Origin: Bacteroidota bacterium
Lineage (GTDB): Bacteria > Bacteroidota > Bacteroidia > UKL13-3
NCBI GenBank assembly: GCA_027488905.1
Contig: JAIYAT010000010.1
Location: 213,061 to 277,060, forward strand
Reading direction: 5' to 3'
Length of the DNA stretch: 64,000 nucleotides
A program made the position numbers and the translations under genes. The notes under the pieces are model-generated. The model searched no databases. It saw only the letters and a program-made list of their open reading frames with translations, and was not told where the DNA came from. Positions 1 to 10,107 of the stretch are shown here, in pieces; the first letter of the stretch is position 1, and the number at the start of each line of letters is the position of its first letter.

Positions 1-1662
1 ATAAAAGTTCGTGTAATTGATCCTTTTAAGCTTCCATTATCAGATTTTGAATTGAGGTTTAAAGATAGTTCAAACTCAACTGTTAAAGGAGATACTCTAA
101 CAGGAAGTGCCACCTACTGGACTTTGACCGACCTTACGAATGGGACTGTTTATAAAGGAGAGCGCACAATTAACTCGCAAAATGAACAAGTTTTCTCAGA
201 TTTAGGTTTTTCTATTTCTGTAGGCCAAGTAGTTGGACCTGGACAGCCAACCAACCAATTGGATCAAGACAATGGTTTTGTGAGCTCATCAATTAGTTTT
301 TCAAATCCTACCAATCGTTGGTTTAGAGGTGTAAATGATGAAATAATTGCTTTACCACCTTTCAATTGGATTAGATCTGGAAATACGGGTACTCCAACTT
401 TTGATAGACCTTGGGAGCATGACTTCGCTATTAACCGCGTGCCAGTTGACCCTAGAAGACAGTATAATAAAGTTTTAGATGGAACTTGGGCACCATATTG
501 CCTAGCGGCTAGTGCTGTTGCTCCAACTGCTGTTACTTATGGTCCAGCTTGGAGCCCAACAGGTGATGGTAAATTTCCTTCTCAAGACCATTCACTTGCC
601 GACTTGCAAAGCGTGCAATTAGTAATTACTGCTGATAAATCTAAATGGTCTCGTTGTATCGTGTTAGAAGCAGGTGAAAATGCTGCAACAAATATTGGCG
701 GTGCTCAAAAGTTTGACAGAAGAAGATCTCCTTCGGTAGGTAAAAATGGTAAACCTGATGGCGATGGTAACGGCAAAAGCTGGTTCCCTGGATATGCTAT
801 TAATAAAGAAACTGGCGAACGTTTAAATATTTTGTTTGCAGAAGACTCTTCTCTACCACTAGATAATGGTTCGGATATGATTTGGAATCCAACTTCTACC
901 CTGTTCCGTCAAAATCCAACTTCAGGTATTGAGTATATTTTTGGAGGAAAACACCATGTATACATTATGGGTACAAAGAGATTGGTTACCAATCCAAATC
1001 GAGTTGGACCTAGATACGATGAATGTAAACTCTATGATTCACTTTTCAACCTAATTGAAAATAACGTTCAAGTGCCATCTAATAGAAGAAATATATTCAA
1101 ACAACCAATGTGGGTGGGTATGACATTAACAGACCCTAAAACACAATTGGGTAACTTAAATGATAATGGTGGTGGCATTCCTTGTGATGTAACTATAGAT
1201 ATTAATGTTAAACGTCCTTATGCTCAGAAGTTCTCTTTTGATGCCTCAGCTGCTGATACAAGTGGAATGCCTTTGTATAGATTCTCTACTAAGAATCTTG
1301 CACCAGTAGTTGGTAATTCAGAAACTATGAAAACAGCGCTTGACTTGGTTTCTATTACACCAAATCCATATTATGCTTATGCTGGTTACGAAGATCCAAC
1401 CAACCAATTGGATACTCGTATAAAAATTATTAACCTGCCAAAGAAATGTGTTATTTCAATTTATACACAAGGTGGTTATTTGGTGAGAAGAATCAGAAAG
1501 GATGATGATTCTAGAACCTTCGTAGAATGGGATTTAAAGAATGATGCTAATGTGCCTATTTCTAGTGGTGTTTATTTAATACATGTTTACGCAGATGGCA
1601 TGGGTGAGCGAATCATCAAATGGTTTGGTATCATGAGACCTGTGGATTTTGATACTTTCTAA
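1..1662 (+). CDS. C-terminal part (5' partial) of a large secreted protein with a T9SS-type C-terminal sorting domain
   Basis: Frame appears open from the window edge. C-terminus has PNPYYAY...IKIINLP..C.ISIYT..G.LVR...WDLKN...SGVYLIHV. Directly upstream of a PorV-like gene. Confidence 0.75.
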   Translation: MKVRVIDPFKLPLSDFELRFKDSSNSTVKGDTLTGSATYWTLTDLTNGTVYKGERTINSQNEQVFSDLGFSISVGQVVGPGQPTNQLDQDNGFVSSSISFSNPTNRWFRGVNDEIIALPPFNWIRSGNTGTPTFDRPWEHDFAINRVPVDPRRQYNKVLDGTWAPYCLAASAVAPTAVTYGPAWSPTGDGKFPSQDHSLADLQSVQLVITADKSKWSRCIVLEAGENAATNIGGAQKFDRRRSPSVGKNGKPDGDGNGKSWFPGYAINKETGERLNILFAEDSSLPLDNGSDMIWNPTSTLFRQNPTSGIEYIFGGKHHVYIMGTKRLVTNPNRVGPRYDECKLYDSLFNLIENNVQVPSNRRNIFKQPMWVGMTLTDPKTQLGNLNDNGGGIPCDVTIDINVKRPYAQKFSFDASAADTSGMPLYRFSTKNLAPVVGNSETMKTALDLVSITPNPYYAYAGYEDPTNQLDTRIKIINLPKKCVISIYTQGGYLVRRIRKDDDSRTFVEWDLKNDANVPISSGVYLIHVYADGMGERIIKWFGIMRPVDFDTF

Positions 1663-1672
1663 TAATAGTTAG

Positions 1673-1700
1673 TCTGGAGGTTTTTAACCTCCAGATTTTT
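1673..1700 (+). terminator. Stem-loop / probable intrinsic terminator or mRNA stabiliser
   Basis: TCTGGAGGTT-TTT-AACCTCCAGA followed by TTTTT. Confidence 0.6.
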
Positions 1701-1719
1701 AAAAAATAAAATTAACAAG

Positions 1720-2850
1720 ATGAAAAGAACGCTATACAAAATTGGAATTGGGATGATGCTTCTGGTATCCTCTCAAGCATTTGCCGGAAATCCAGATAGA
1801 TCTGGAGGAGCAGGTGCCACCCAACTTACTGTTAATCCATATGCCCGCTCAGCTGGTTATGGGGGTATTAACACAGCTTCTGTTAGAGGACTCGAGTCCT
1901 TCAATTTAAATATTGCTGGTTTAGCTTATGCGCCAAGTACGGAGGTTGTTTTTTCTAGAATGGCATTTCTACAAGGCTCTGGAGTTAATATCAATAATTT
2001 TGGTTTGGCTCAACAGGTAGGTGAAAACGGTGAAGGTGGGGTTATTGGATTAGGTTTTGCAAGTTGGGATTTTGGTGATATTCCTATCACTACTTACAGC
2101 AATCCAGATGGTACTTTACCTAGTTTTAGCCCTCAAGTACTAAACGTTTCTGCTGCTTATGCTCGTAAATTCTCTAACAGCATAACTGGTGGATTTTTAT
2201 TAAGGATTATTTCTGAAGGTATTCAAGATGTAAAAGCGCAGGGTGTGGCATTTGATTTTGGAGTACAATATCAAACTAACTTAAATCCGAAAAGACCCAA
2301 CGCAAAAATTAAGAAGGAGGATTTTAGATTAGGTATTTCTATGCGTAATATCGGAAGCGATTTAAAGTACGAAGGTGCTGGTTTATCTTTCCGCGCCATC
2401 AACCAATCTACTGGTGCAGATAGAAAGGCCTTGTTTGCAGCTGATAAATTTAACTTGCCAACACTCGTAAATATTGGTTTAGCTTATGATATTAAGTTAG
2501 ACCAAAGCAAAGATGTATATAACCATAAGTTAACTACTTCCTTTAACTTTAACTACAATGCCTTCCAATCTAATGTTTATGGCTTAGGAGCAGAATATTC
2601 ATATAAAAATATGTTTATGTTGAGAACTGGATACAATTATATTGGAGAAGAAAAGGCATTTAAGGATGATGCTACTAATCCAACTTACAATTCTCCAGTT
2701 TATGGAATATGGACGGGCTTTACCTTTCAATTGCCTGTTTCTAAATCAGGAACTGCATTTGCCTTGGATTATGCTTATGCGCCAACCAGATTTTTCAGTG
2801 GCATGCATGTGGTGGGTGTCAAATTAACTATTGGAAGTAAAAAGGGATAA
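1720..2850 (+). CDS. PorV/PorQ-family outer-membrane beta-barrel protein
   Basis: Signal peptide, A.QL.VNPYARSAGYGG motif, alternating beta strands, C-terminal DYAY...F.G.H. Confidence 0.8.
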   Translation: MKRTLYKIGIGMMLLVSSQAFAGNPDRSGGAGATQLTVNPYARSAGYGGINTASVRGLESFNLNIAGLAYAPSTEVVFSRMAFLQGSGVNINNFGLAQQVGENGEGGVIGLGFASWDFGDIPITTYSNPDGTLPSFSPQVLNVSAAYARKFSNSITGGFLLRIISEGIQDVKAQGVAFDFGVQYQTNLNPKRPNAKIKKEDFRLGISMRNIGSDLKYEGAGLSFRAINQSTGADRKALFAADKFNLPTLVNIGLAYDIKLDQSKDVYNHKLTTSFNFNYNAFQSNVYGLGAEYSYKNMFMLRTGYNYIGEEKAFKDDATNPTYNSPVYGIWTGFTFQLPVSKSGTAFALDYAYAPTRFFSGMHVVGVKLTIGSKKG

Positions 2851-2874
2851 ATTTTCGTATTTTCGTACCATATC

Positions 2875-2911
2875 AGAAACGTTCCACTGCTCAAGTGGAA
2901 CGTTTCTTTTT
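2875..2911 (+). terminator. Perfect 14-bp hairpin with U-tract between the PorV-like gene and greA
   Basis: AGAAACGTTCCACT-GCTCA-AGTGGAACGTTTCT-TTTT. Confidence 0.75.
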
Positions 2912-2930
2912 ATTTTAATGCAAGCAGCTT

Positions 2931-3404
2931 ATGTCAGAAATTAATTATGTAACCAAAGAAGGATTAGAAAAATTGCAAGCAGAATTGCAAGATTTAAAGT
3001 ATGTGCAAAGACCTTTTATAACCAAACAAATTGCAGATGCTAGAGATAAAGGCGACTTAAGTGAAAATGCCGAGTACCATGCTGCAAAGGAAGACCAAGG
3101 TTTACTAGAGGCAAAGATTGCAAAGCTGGATGATCTTCTCACTAAAACTAGAATTATTGACGAATCAAAGCTTAACACCAATCAAGTGATGATGTTAACC
3201 AAAGTGACTGTTCTAAATCATAATACTAAGAAAGAGATTGTTTATACACTGGTTAACGAAAAGGAAGCAGATTTAAAAACAGGTAAGATATCCTTCAAAT
3301 CACCTATTGGCTTGGCATTAATGAATAAAAAGATTGGAGATATTTGCGAGGTCACTATTCCTGCCGGTCAAATTAAGTTAGAAGTACTTTCAATTAGTTT
3401 ATAA
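2931..3404 (+). CDS. greA: Transcription elongation factor GreA
   Basis: ARDKGDLSENAEYHAAK signature; C-terminal IS.KSPIG.AL. Confidence 0.97.
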   Translation: MSEINYVTKEGLEKLQAELQDLKYVQRPFITKQIADARDKGDLSENAEYHAAKEDQGLLEAKIAKLDDLLTKTRIIDESKLNTNQVMMLTKVTVLNHNTKKEIVYTLVNEKEADLKTGKISFKSPIGLALMNKKIGDICEVTIPAGQIKLEVLSISL

Positions 3405-3805
3405 TGGCTAGCATCTTTACTAGAATTGTTAATGGCGAATTGCCTTGCCATAAGGTTGCTGAAACCAATGATTATTTAGCCTTTTTAGATATAAGACCGC
3501 TAACCTATGGCCATACGCTAGTAATTCCAAAACAGGAAGTTGATTATATTTTCGACCTTGAGGATGAAACTTATTTAGGACTGCAAATATTTGCTAAAAT
3601 GGTTGCTAAGGCACTTAAAATTGTTACCGGACAACGAATAGGAGTTTGTGTAATTGGCCTTGAAGTGCCTCATGCGCACATTCATTTGATTCCTTTTACA
3701 CAAATGGAACAAATGAATTTCTATAATCCCAAGTTAACACTCTCACAAGAAGAATTAAGCAGTTTAGCAAAGAAAATACAGGATGAGGTTTTGAAAGCCT
3801 CCTAG
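3404..3805 (+). CDS. HIT-family nucleotide hydrolase
   Basis: SIFTRIV.GE.P, AFLDI.P...GHTLVIPK, histidine triad HAHIHLIP. Confidence 0.95.
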   Translation: MASIFTRIVNGELPCHKVAETNDYLAFLDIRPLTYGHTLVIPKQEVDYIFDLEDETYLGLQIFAKMVAKALKIVTGQRIGVCVIGLEVPHAHIHLIPFTQMEQMNFYNPKLTLSQEELSSLAKKIQDEVLKAS

Positions 3806-4402
3806 CTATTTTTTAATTTTCTCAGGATTATTACTTACAAAGACTTCCCAAGTGGAAGTCTTTTTCTTTTTGGTAGGAAGTAGCTTTTGTATTTTATTTT
3901 TTTCGGTTTGAACCAATTTATTTTGAACCAAATGGCAAAACGCGGCTGCAAGTCCGTCTGTAGCATCAAAATATTGGTTATCAAACTCAAAGTTTAATTG
4001 TTGTTGCAACATAGCAGCCACTTGTTCTTTGCTTGCATTACCGTTGCCTGTAATGGCTTGTTTAATTTTTTTTGGAGCATATTCTACTACAACTAATTCT
4101 CTGCTCATAGCCGCAGCAATTGCAACGCCTTGGGCTCTGCCAAGTTTTAACATACTCTGAACGTTTTTGCCAAAAAAAGGAGCTTCAATTGCCAACTCAT
4201 CAGGCTTATACTCGTCAATTAAGCCTACCGTACGGTCAAAAATCTTTTTAAGCTTTAAAGCATAATCGGCATACTTATCTAACTTTAATACCCCTAAAGT
4301 AAGCACTTCTGTATTTTTACCTAAAGACTTAATTATGCCATATCCCATCACTGTTGTTCCAGGGTCGATTCCTAAAATGATGCGTTCTTGTTGGGCTTTC
4401 AT
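3806..4402 (-). CDS. ruvC: Holliday junction resolvase RuvC
   Basis: ILGIDPG, AIEAPF, LGRAQG, G.GNASKEQV, DATDGLA. Confidence 0.97.
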   Translation of the reverse strand: MKAQQERIILGIDPGTTVMGYGIIKSLGKNTEVLTLGVLKLDKYADYALKLKKIFDRTVGLIDEYKPDELAIEAPFFGKNVQSMLKLGRAQGVAIAAAMSRELVVVEYAPKKIKQAITGNGNASKEQVAAMLQQQLNFEFDNQYFDATDGLAAAFCHLVQNKLVQTEKNKIQKLLPTKKKKTSTWEVFVSNNPEKIKK

Positions 4403-4465
4403 GCGAGAAGATTTGTTTTAGGAGGCAGGGAGTTGTTTCTTTGTCAAACATAGCTATTCAATCCT

Positions 4466-5407
4466 TTGTTTCAAATCAAAACACATAATAAGTACTTAAA
4501 GCTCGCTAGAGTTCTATTAATGCTAGCGGTAAGTGGTTTTGTTTTTTATAAATTGTTTGTGGCATATGACATAGATCGTTTATTTAAGGATTTTAAAACT
4601 GAAGGCGCTTTTGGTTCAACCCAATACCTGATAATTGCCTTGCTTCTAGGTCTATTTAACTGGGCTTTTGAAGCGCTCAAATGGCAACGAATCATTCAAA
4701 AATATGAACCTATTAGTTTTTCTTTGGCTATAAAGGCAGTGTTCTCAGGTGCTACTTTAAGCATTATTACCCCAAACCATATAGGTGATTTTGCTGGACG
4801 GGTTTTGCATTTGCAGGTTTTAGATAAAATAAAAGGTTCTTTGGCAACTGTAATCGGACATACTTCACAAGTATTGGTTACTTGTATTTTTGGTGCCTAT
4901 GCCTTATGGTTTTTTGGTGATACTGTTTTCAAGCAGCAATATGTGCATGTTGTTGGAATTGTCTTTGTCATATTAGCCTTGCTTATTTATTTTAAAATGG
5001 GTTGGTTATATCAGCATATTTCTGGCGTAAAGTTTTTCTCTAAATTCACACCTTACTTAGATGTATTTGGAGATTTCACTAGTAAAGAATTGGGTCAAAT
5101 TTTGTCCATTGCATTTATGCGTTATCTAATGTTTACCTCACAATATTTACTATTACTTAAGTTTTACCAAGTAGATGTTCCTTTAGCAAATGCATTTGCC
5201 TGCTTGGCCGGAACTTTCTTTGTGCAGTCTGTTGTTCCTTCATTTCTATTATTAGAAATTGGTTTAAGGGGAGCAAGTGCCTTGTGGTTTTTTACACTTT
5301 TTAGCTCCAATGTAACGGGTATTTTATTAGCAGCCTATTCTCTATGGATGATCAATATGCTGCTGCCAGCATTCGCAGGCTTGTACTTCATTTATAAAGT
5401 TAAATAA
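4466..5407 (+). CDS. Lysylphosphatidylglycerol-synthase-like (flippase-like) multi-pass membrane protein
   Basis: NW.FEALKW, ITPNHIGDFAGR, LEIGLRG motifs; many TM segments; TTG start uncertain. Confidence 0.8.
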   Translation: MFQIKTHNKYLKLARVLLMLAVSGFVFYKLFVAYDIDRLFKDFKTEGAFGSTQYLIIALLLGLFNWAFEALKWQRIIQKYEPISFSLAIKAVFSGATLSIITPNHIGDFAGRVLHLQVLDKIKGSLATVIGHTSQVLVTCIFGAYALWFFGDTVFKQQYVHVVGIVFVILALLIYFKMGWLYQHISGVKFFSKFTPYLDVFGDFTSKELGQILSIAFMRYLMFTSQYLLLLKFYQVDVPLANAFACLAGTFFVQSVVPSFLLLEIGLRGASALWFFTLFSSNVTGILLAAYSLWMINMLLPAFAGLYFIYKVK

Positions 5408-6543
5408 TGCCAGTTTTTTTAATTATATCTTTGGTTTTATTAGGAGCTTATATGCTGCTTATCCTAACCTATGCTATAGGTTGGTTACTCATTAAGTTTC
5501 GGTTTGAACCAATCAAAGATGCAGCGAATACTTTTACCATACTAATTCCTGCACGCAATGAAGCACAAACAATTGAAGCTTGTTTAAGGAGCATCACTGC
5601 CCAAAATTATCCAAGGCGTAAGTATGAAATAATTGTAATTGATGACCATTCAGAGGATAACACACAACAGGTGGTTGCCAATTTTATAATGTCTAATGAA
5701 AGCTATACTATTTCTTTGTTGTCCTTAGCAAAATTGGCCCCAAAAGGAAATAAGAAGGAAGGAATAACCTTGGGTGTTGAATGGGCAAAATCACCAAATA
5801 TCATCTTAACGGATGCAGATTGTATAAGAGGAACAGAATGGCTTGGTGCCATAGATTTATTTATGCAAGAGAAGTCAGTAAAAATGATGTATGCTCCCGT
5901 TTTCTTTTCAGCTTCAAATGCCTTTGAGCGTATACAATCCTTGGAGTTTTCTGGTTTAGTAGGCATTGGTGCAGCAGCAATACAATTAAAGAACCCAAAC
6001 ATGTGCAGCGCTGCCAATTTAATATTTAACAAAGCAGCATTCTTGGAAGTTGGAGGGTATTCAGACAACATACATTTGGCCTCTGGTGATGATGAATTTT
6101 TATTGCATAAGATATTCAAAAAATACCCTAATGAGGTTTGGTTTTTAAAAGATAAAAGAGCCATTGTAGAAACTTCACCAAACGGTTCTCTGCAGCAGTT
6201 GGCGCAACAACGCACACGTTGGGTTTCTAAAAGTACCAAGTATGAAGAGCGCTATATCACCGCCATTTTGGTTGGTGCCTATTTGTTTAACTTTAGCATT
6301 TTATTCAATCTAATCTATGGCTATTGGAATCCGCTATACTTAAAAATTGGTTTGGTTCAAACCGTATTAAAAATGTTTGTAGAAGGACTATTTTTGTTTC
6401 AGATAACTTCATTTTTCGCCAAACGAAACCTCATGTGGTTTTTGCCAATTGCAGAACCTTTGCATATTTTATATGTTATAATAATTGGTATTTGGGCAAA
6501 TGTTAAACCTTATACTTGGAAGAATAGAACACACTTTAAATGA
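5407..6543 (+). CDS. Glycosyltransferase family 2 with TM helices
   Basis: ILIPARNE, VIDDHSED, TDADC, SGDD, QRTRW. Confidence 0.93.
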   Translation: MPVFLIISLVLLGAYMLLILTYAIGWLLIKFRFEPIKDAANTFTILIPARNEAQTIEACLRSITAQNYPRRKYEIIVIDDHSEDNTQQVVANFIMSNESYTISLLSLAKLAPKGNKKEGITLGVEWAKSPNIILTDADCIRGTEWLGAIDLFMQEKSVKMMYAPVFFSASNAFERIQSLEFSGLVGIGAAAIQLKNPNMCSAANLIFNKAAFLEVGGYSDNIHLASGDDEFLLHKIFKKYPNEVWFLKDKRAIVETSPNGSLQQLAQQRTRWVSKSTKYEERYITAILVGAYLFNFSILFNLIYGYWNPLYLKIGLVQTVLKMFVEGLFLFQITSFFAKRNLMWFLPIAEPLHILYVIIIGIWANVKPYTWKNRTHFK

Positions 6544-6812
6544 TACACGAAATAGACGAAATTGCTTATGATATTTTGAATTGCATTTACTTTGTAGAGC
6601 CATTCGATAAAATACTCGAGGAAGTTGATTATCCTGCAAACATTGTTGCGGATGTTTTAAAATCTTTGATTCAAAGAAAGCTTGTAGTGGCCATGTTTTG
6701 GAATGAAGAACTGCAAGAATATAAGCGAAGCTTTATCTATGATTCAGACAACATGAATGCCTATTCTTATCTTGCTACCAAGGAAGGTTTGTTGGCGCAT
6801 AACTCTAGATAA
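6540..6812 (+). CDS. Small hypothetical protein
   Basis: Overlaps upstream stop (ATGA) and abuts recO; protein-like composition. Confidence 0.75.
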   Translation: MIHEIDEIAYDILNCIYFVEPFDKILEEVDYPANIVADVLKSLIQRKLVVAMFWNEELQEYKRSFIYDSDNMNAYSYLATKEGLLAHNSR

Positions 6813-6815
6813 GCC

Positions 6816-7547
6816 ATGCTATCTAAACTAAATGGAATTATTCTTGGGCATATTCCATATTCAGAAAATAGCATTATTCTAAAATGCTATACCGATGCAT
6901 TAGGCATGCAAAGTTATATGGTTAATAGCATCAAAGGGAAAAAGTCGGCCATTAAGCCTTCCCAATTATTGCCACTTACTTTAGTTGAGCTTGAAGTTTA
7001 TTTTAAGCAAGGAAAAGGACTTCAGCGTATCAAAGAATTGAAAGTAGCTCCCATGTTAAACGAATTGCATTTTAGAATAGAAAAATCAGCAATTGCCATG
7101 TTTATGGCCGAATTACTTGGCAAATGCTTAAGGGAAGAGCAGCAAACTGATAAAGACTTATTTGATTTCTTAACGGCATCTATTCAAATATTAGACTTGA
7201 CCCAAACCGCTATTGCAAATTTCCCCATGGTGTTTATGTATCAATTGAGCAAGTATTTAGGCTTTTATCCTAAACCTAATTTCAGCACAGAAACGCCTAA
7301 TTTTAGTTTGATGGAAGGACTTTACGTTGCCAAAAGCAACTTTGGTTCAGACCATATTGAAATGCCTATGAGCGAAAAATTATTTAACTTAGGGCAGATA
7401 AATTATCAAGAAATGGGAAAGCTAAGTTTAACAAGCCAAGAAAGAAGGCAATTGTTAACTTATTTTACTCGGTATTACCAATTGCATGTAATGTTGTTTG
7501 GCGATTTAAAATCGCCTGCCGTGCTACATGAAGTGCTTAACACCTAA
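6816..7547 (+). CDS. recO: DNA repair protein RecO
   Basis: N-terminal OB-fold pattern (GIIL...PYSENS.I...YT...G), GFYP, C-terminal YYQLH...LKS..VL.EV. Confidence 0.93.
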   Translation: MLSKLNGIILGHIPYSENSIILKCYTDALGMQSYMVNSIKGKKSAIKPSQLLPLTLVELEVYFKQGKGLQRIKELKVAPMLNELHFRIEKSAIAMFMAELLGKCLREEQQTDKDLFDFLTASIQILDLTQTAIANFPMVFMYQLSKYLGFYPKPNFSTETPNFSLMEGLYVAKSNFGSDHIEMPMSEKLFNLGQINYQEMGKLSLTSQERRQLLTYFTRYYQLHVMLFGDLKSPAVLHEVLNT

Positions 7548-7552
7548 CTTTG
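7545..7552 (+). promoter_or_regulatory. Bacteroidota sigma-A -7 element
   Basis: TAACTTTG matches TAnnTTTG; 4 nt before ATG 7557. Confidence 0.55.
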
Positions 7553-7556
7553 TAAT

Positions 7557-8471
7557 ATGAAAAAATTACTATTTTTCTTCTTATTATTTGCTCAGTTTCT
7601 TTTTGCACAAGAAGTCATTAAACACCCTCAATTGAAAGGGAAAGTATATCGGTATACAGATGTGAAAGGAACTGGACTGTTACCTAGAAATGTAGATGTT
7701 TGGGTACCTGCAAATTTTGATTCTAGTGGGCGAACACGTTACGCTGTTTTGTACATGCATGATGGACAAAATTTATTTTTACCTGGCTACGCCTTTGGTG
7801 GTAAGGAGTGGGGGATAGATGAGGCAATGGACAGTTTGTTAAGGCTTAAGCAAATTAGACCAACTATTGTGGTGGGTATTTGGAACACCCAAAGACGCTT
7901 TATTGAATACAATCCAGAGGATGCTTACAAGCAATTAGATTCTATTCAAAAGCAAAAAATAGATGCCGAAAGGCCGGGCGGCTCTCAAGCGAATGCTTAT
8001 TTAGACTTTGTGTTTAACACCCTCAAACCAATGATTGATAATGTTTTTCCAACTAACCCAGACATGAAGCAAACTTTTATGATGGGCTCAAGTATGGGAG
8101 GCCAAATATCCTTATATGCACTTTGCAAATACAGTAATCAATTAAAAAGTGCAGCTTGCTTGTCAACTCATTGGCCTATAAGCCTAAAAGAAAACAACCT
8201 CACTGTGGGGGCAACCTACCAAGATTATTTCATTAGGAACCTTCCCAATCCGCGCAACCACCAGCTATATTTTGACCATGGTACCACAACTTTGGATGCT
8301 TGGTATGAGGTGCATCAAGTTCGCATGGATTCTTTGTGCAGAGAAAGTGGCTATAATACCATCAAAAGTTTCTTAACACTAAAATACCCGGGTGCTCCAC
8401 ACAATGAAGAAGCGTGGCGCAGCCGGGTATCTATTCCCTTGTTGTTTATGTTGAAACCTAGTACTTGGTAA
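7557..8471 (+). CDS. Secreted alpha/beta-hydrolase (putative esterase)
   Basis: Signal peptide; YAVLYMHDGQNLF, GSSMGG nucleophile elbow, HNE..W. Confidence 0.9.
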   Translation: MKKLLFFFLLFAQFLFAQEVIKHPQLKGKVYRYTDVKGTGLLPRNVDVWVPANFDSSGRTRYAVLYMHDGQNLFLPGYAFGGKEWGIDEAMDSLLRLKQIRPTIVVGIWNTQRRFIEYNPEDAYKQLDSIQKQKIDAERPGGSQANAYLDFVFNTLKPMIDNVFPTNPDMKQTFMMGSSMGGQISLYALCKYSNQLKSAACLSTHWPISLKENNLTVGATYQDYFIRNLPNPRNHQLYFDHGTTTLDAWYEVHQVRMDSLCRESGYNTIKSFLTLKYPGAPHNEEAWRSRVSIPLLFMLKPSTW

Positions 8472-10050
8472 GACCTTCGCGCATTTTTCTTGCGTTTCCA
8501 GAGCTATATCCAAAATAAATAAGAAGACCAAAAACCAGCCAGGCGAATGCACTAATGAGGGTTGGAACAGGCAAACTAATAATCATTGCTAAACAAATTA
8601 CCATTCCTAAAATTGGAACTAAAGGCACCAATGGTGTTTTGAATGGACGCACTAATCCTGGTTCTTTTTTACGCATGATAATGATGCCAAGGCAAACTAA
8701 AACGAATGCAAATAAAGTTCCGAATGAGGTTAAATCTCCTGCAACACTTCCTGGAATAAAGGCTGCAAAAGCTCCTACAAAAATTAGTAAAATCCAATTG
8801 GCTTTGTAAGGCGTTTTAAATTTAGGATGTAACTCGCTAAAAGCTTTAGGTAACAAACCATCTTTACTCATTGAGAAAAACACACGACTTTGGCCCATTA
8901 ACATAACCAAAATTACTGAAGAGAAACCTGCGAGAATAGCAACGGTTACACTTGTGCCAAGCCATTCGTATCCTTTCATATACTGTTGTATAGCATAACT
9001 AACGGAAGCTTCTTTACCCGCAGTTTTAAATTCTTGCCAATTGGCTACACCTGTTAAAACATGTCCAAATAGAATATAAAGAATAGTGCAAATTACCAAT
9101 GAGCCTAAAATACCAATTGGCATGTCTCTACTTGGATTTTTTGCTTCTTGAGCAGCAGTACTTACAGCATCAAAACCTATAAAAGCAAAGAATACAATAG
9201 CAGCGCCACCTAACACACCACCCCAACCATGTTGAAAGAATCCTGAATGCCCAATGGTATCAGCAGGAATCATATAAGGCTCGTGGTTAGCAGGGTTAAT
9301 AAATTGCCAGCCAATTGCAATAAATAAAAGTACAATAGCCACTTTGATAAACACAATGATTGAGTTTACCAATGCTGATTCTTGTGTTCCTTTGATTAGG
9401 AGTAGGGTCAGCAATAACAAAATAACTAAAGCTGGCGCATTAATAAATCCTCTAGTTACTTCAACCAAACTGCTAAGATTTTCTGGTAAATGCTCATAAA
9501 CTTCATCGCTTATCAACAGCTTTCCATTTGATACAAATCTTGCTTGGTCTGGCAAGGCTGCTATAATTTGGTCGATATTGGCTTGGCCAATTACTTTTTT
9601 AGAACTTTCTAACGGCGAGTGACACCATTCATAAGGGATTGCACCTCCAAGCAGGTTGTTGAGGTATTCACTCCACGCAATGGCCACAGTGGCTGCGCCT
9701 AGGGCATATTCCATGATCAAAGCCCAACCAATAATCCATGCTACTAATTCTCCCATGGTTACATATGAATAAGCATAAGCACTACCAGCAATTGGAATCA
9801 TGGATGCAAATTCGGCATAACAAATTCCTGCGAATGCGCAACCTACTGCTGCAATCATAAAACTCATTGTAACAGCTGCACCAGCTGCCTCTGCGGAAGC
9901 CGCTGCAGTTCTAACAAATAAACCTGCTCCAATAATTGCACCTACACCTAAAGCTACAAGATTGGCAGCGGTAAGCGTTCGTTTTAATTGGGAGCCATCG
10001 TGGTGTCGAAGTAAATCCTGTAAGGATTTTGTGTAGAAAAAATTTGCCAT
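8458..10050 (-). CDS. APC-family amino acid permease
   Basis: LGVGAIIGAGLF, YAEFAS.IP.AGSAY.Y, FFAFIGFDAVS. Confidence 0.95.
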   Translation of the reverse strand: MANFFYTKSLQDLLRHHDGSQLKRTLTAANLVALGVGAIIGAGLFVRTAAASAEAAGAAVTMSFMIAAVGCAFAGICYAEFASMIPIAGSAYAYSYVTMGELVAWIIGWALIMEYALGAATVAIAWSEYLNNLLGGAIPYEWCHSPLESSKKVIGQANIDQIIAALPDQARFVSNGKLLISDEVYEHLPENLSSLVEVTRGFINAPALVILLLLTLLLIKGTQESALVNSIIVFIKVAIVLLFIAIGWQFINPANHEPYMIPADTIGHSGFFQHGWGGVLGGAAIVFFAFIGFDAVSTAAQEAKNPSRDMPIGILGSLVICTILYILFGHVLTGVANWQEFKTAGKEASVSYAIQQYMKGYEWLGTSVTVAILAGFSSVILVMLMGQSRVFFSMSKDGLLPKAFSELHPKFKTPYKANWILLIFVGAFAAFIPGSVAGDLTSFGTLFAFVLVCLGIIIMRKKEPGLVRPFKTPLVPLVPILGMVICLAMIISLPVPTLISAFAWLVFGLLIYFGYSSGNARKMREGLTKY

Positions 10051-10107
10051 AAGATATTGTCAATTCTGTTTGGCAATATAAAAGAAATCTGTAAATTTCA
10101 AAGAGGC

